The notes under the pieces were generated by a model that saw only the letters and a list, made by a program, of their open reading frames with translations, made no database searches and had not been told where the DNA came from. A stretch of DNA of 59,117 nt, counting the filler, from Catajapyx aquilonaris (Eukaryota), in the NCBI GenBank assembly GCA_000934665.2. It is 3 parts of 3 records of this genome, joined end to end, with 100 filler letters (N's around TTAATTAATTAA, not from the genome) between each part and the next. Parts side by side here need not be neighbours in the genome. Positions count along the whole stretch, not along the records: positions 39,474 to 59,117 come from JYFJ02006414.1; 2 more parts are not named here. One strand, given 5' to 3'. Made by a program: the position numbers and the translations under genes. This document shows positions 58,979 to 59,117 of this stretch, piece by piece. Within the stretch, counting starts at the first letter, position 1, and each line of letters starts with the position of its first letter.

Positions 58979-59117
58979 ACTTTTATTAGGTTTATGAAGT
59001 TTAAATTGTTGGTCCTACTTCCCAAATTCAGAGGATCTACATTTTCTTCAGTTCGCGGACGACATTGTTCTGCTAGCAAGTAATCCTCTTTATCTGCAGA
59101 AAAAAATGGATGTATTA

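Overview
Eukaryotic, repeat-rich genomic DNA, most likely arthropod (TTAGG repeats, GT-AG introns, arthropod-type MITEs). Two 100-bp artificial spacers (44N-TTAATTAATTAA-44N) split it into three contigs. Contig 1 (1-19624) is mostly decayed transposons. It centres on a Ty3/Gypsy pol interrupted by a non-LTR 3' end and by hAT and Tc1/mariner insertions, whose target-site duplications let the reading frame be rebuilt. P-like, CACTA-like, Harbinger-like, Helitron and piggyBac-like elements surround it. Contig 2 (19725-39373) holds a tandem array of four 4-exon F-box/LRR (FBXL-like) genes plus fragments of further copies. Substitutions between copies concentrate at predicted solvent-exposed LRR beta-strand positions, and the copies look mosaic. 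This array is the best candidate for an undescribed system: a diversifying nuclear SCF substrate-receptor repertoire. Contig 3 (39474-59117) holds NPRL3 (GATOR1 subunit, two coding exons, about 576 aa), a minus-strand gene for a 181-aa Ser/Arg-rich protein (MAFMMPVMKNEWDIY...) with a CRE-rich promoter, more MITEs and a Sola-like transposase remnant. All calls come from reading the sequence by eye; no searches were run.
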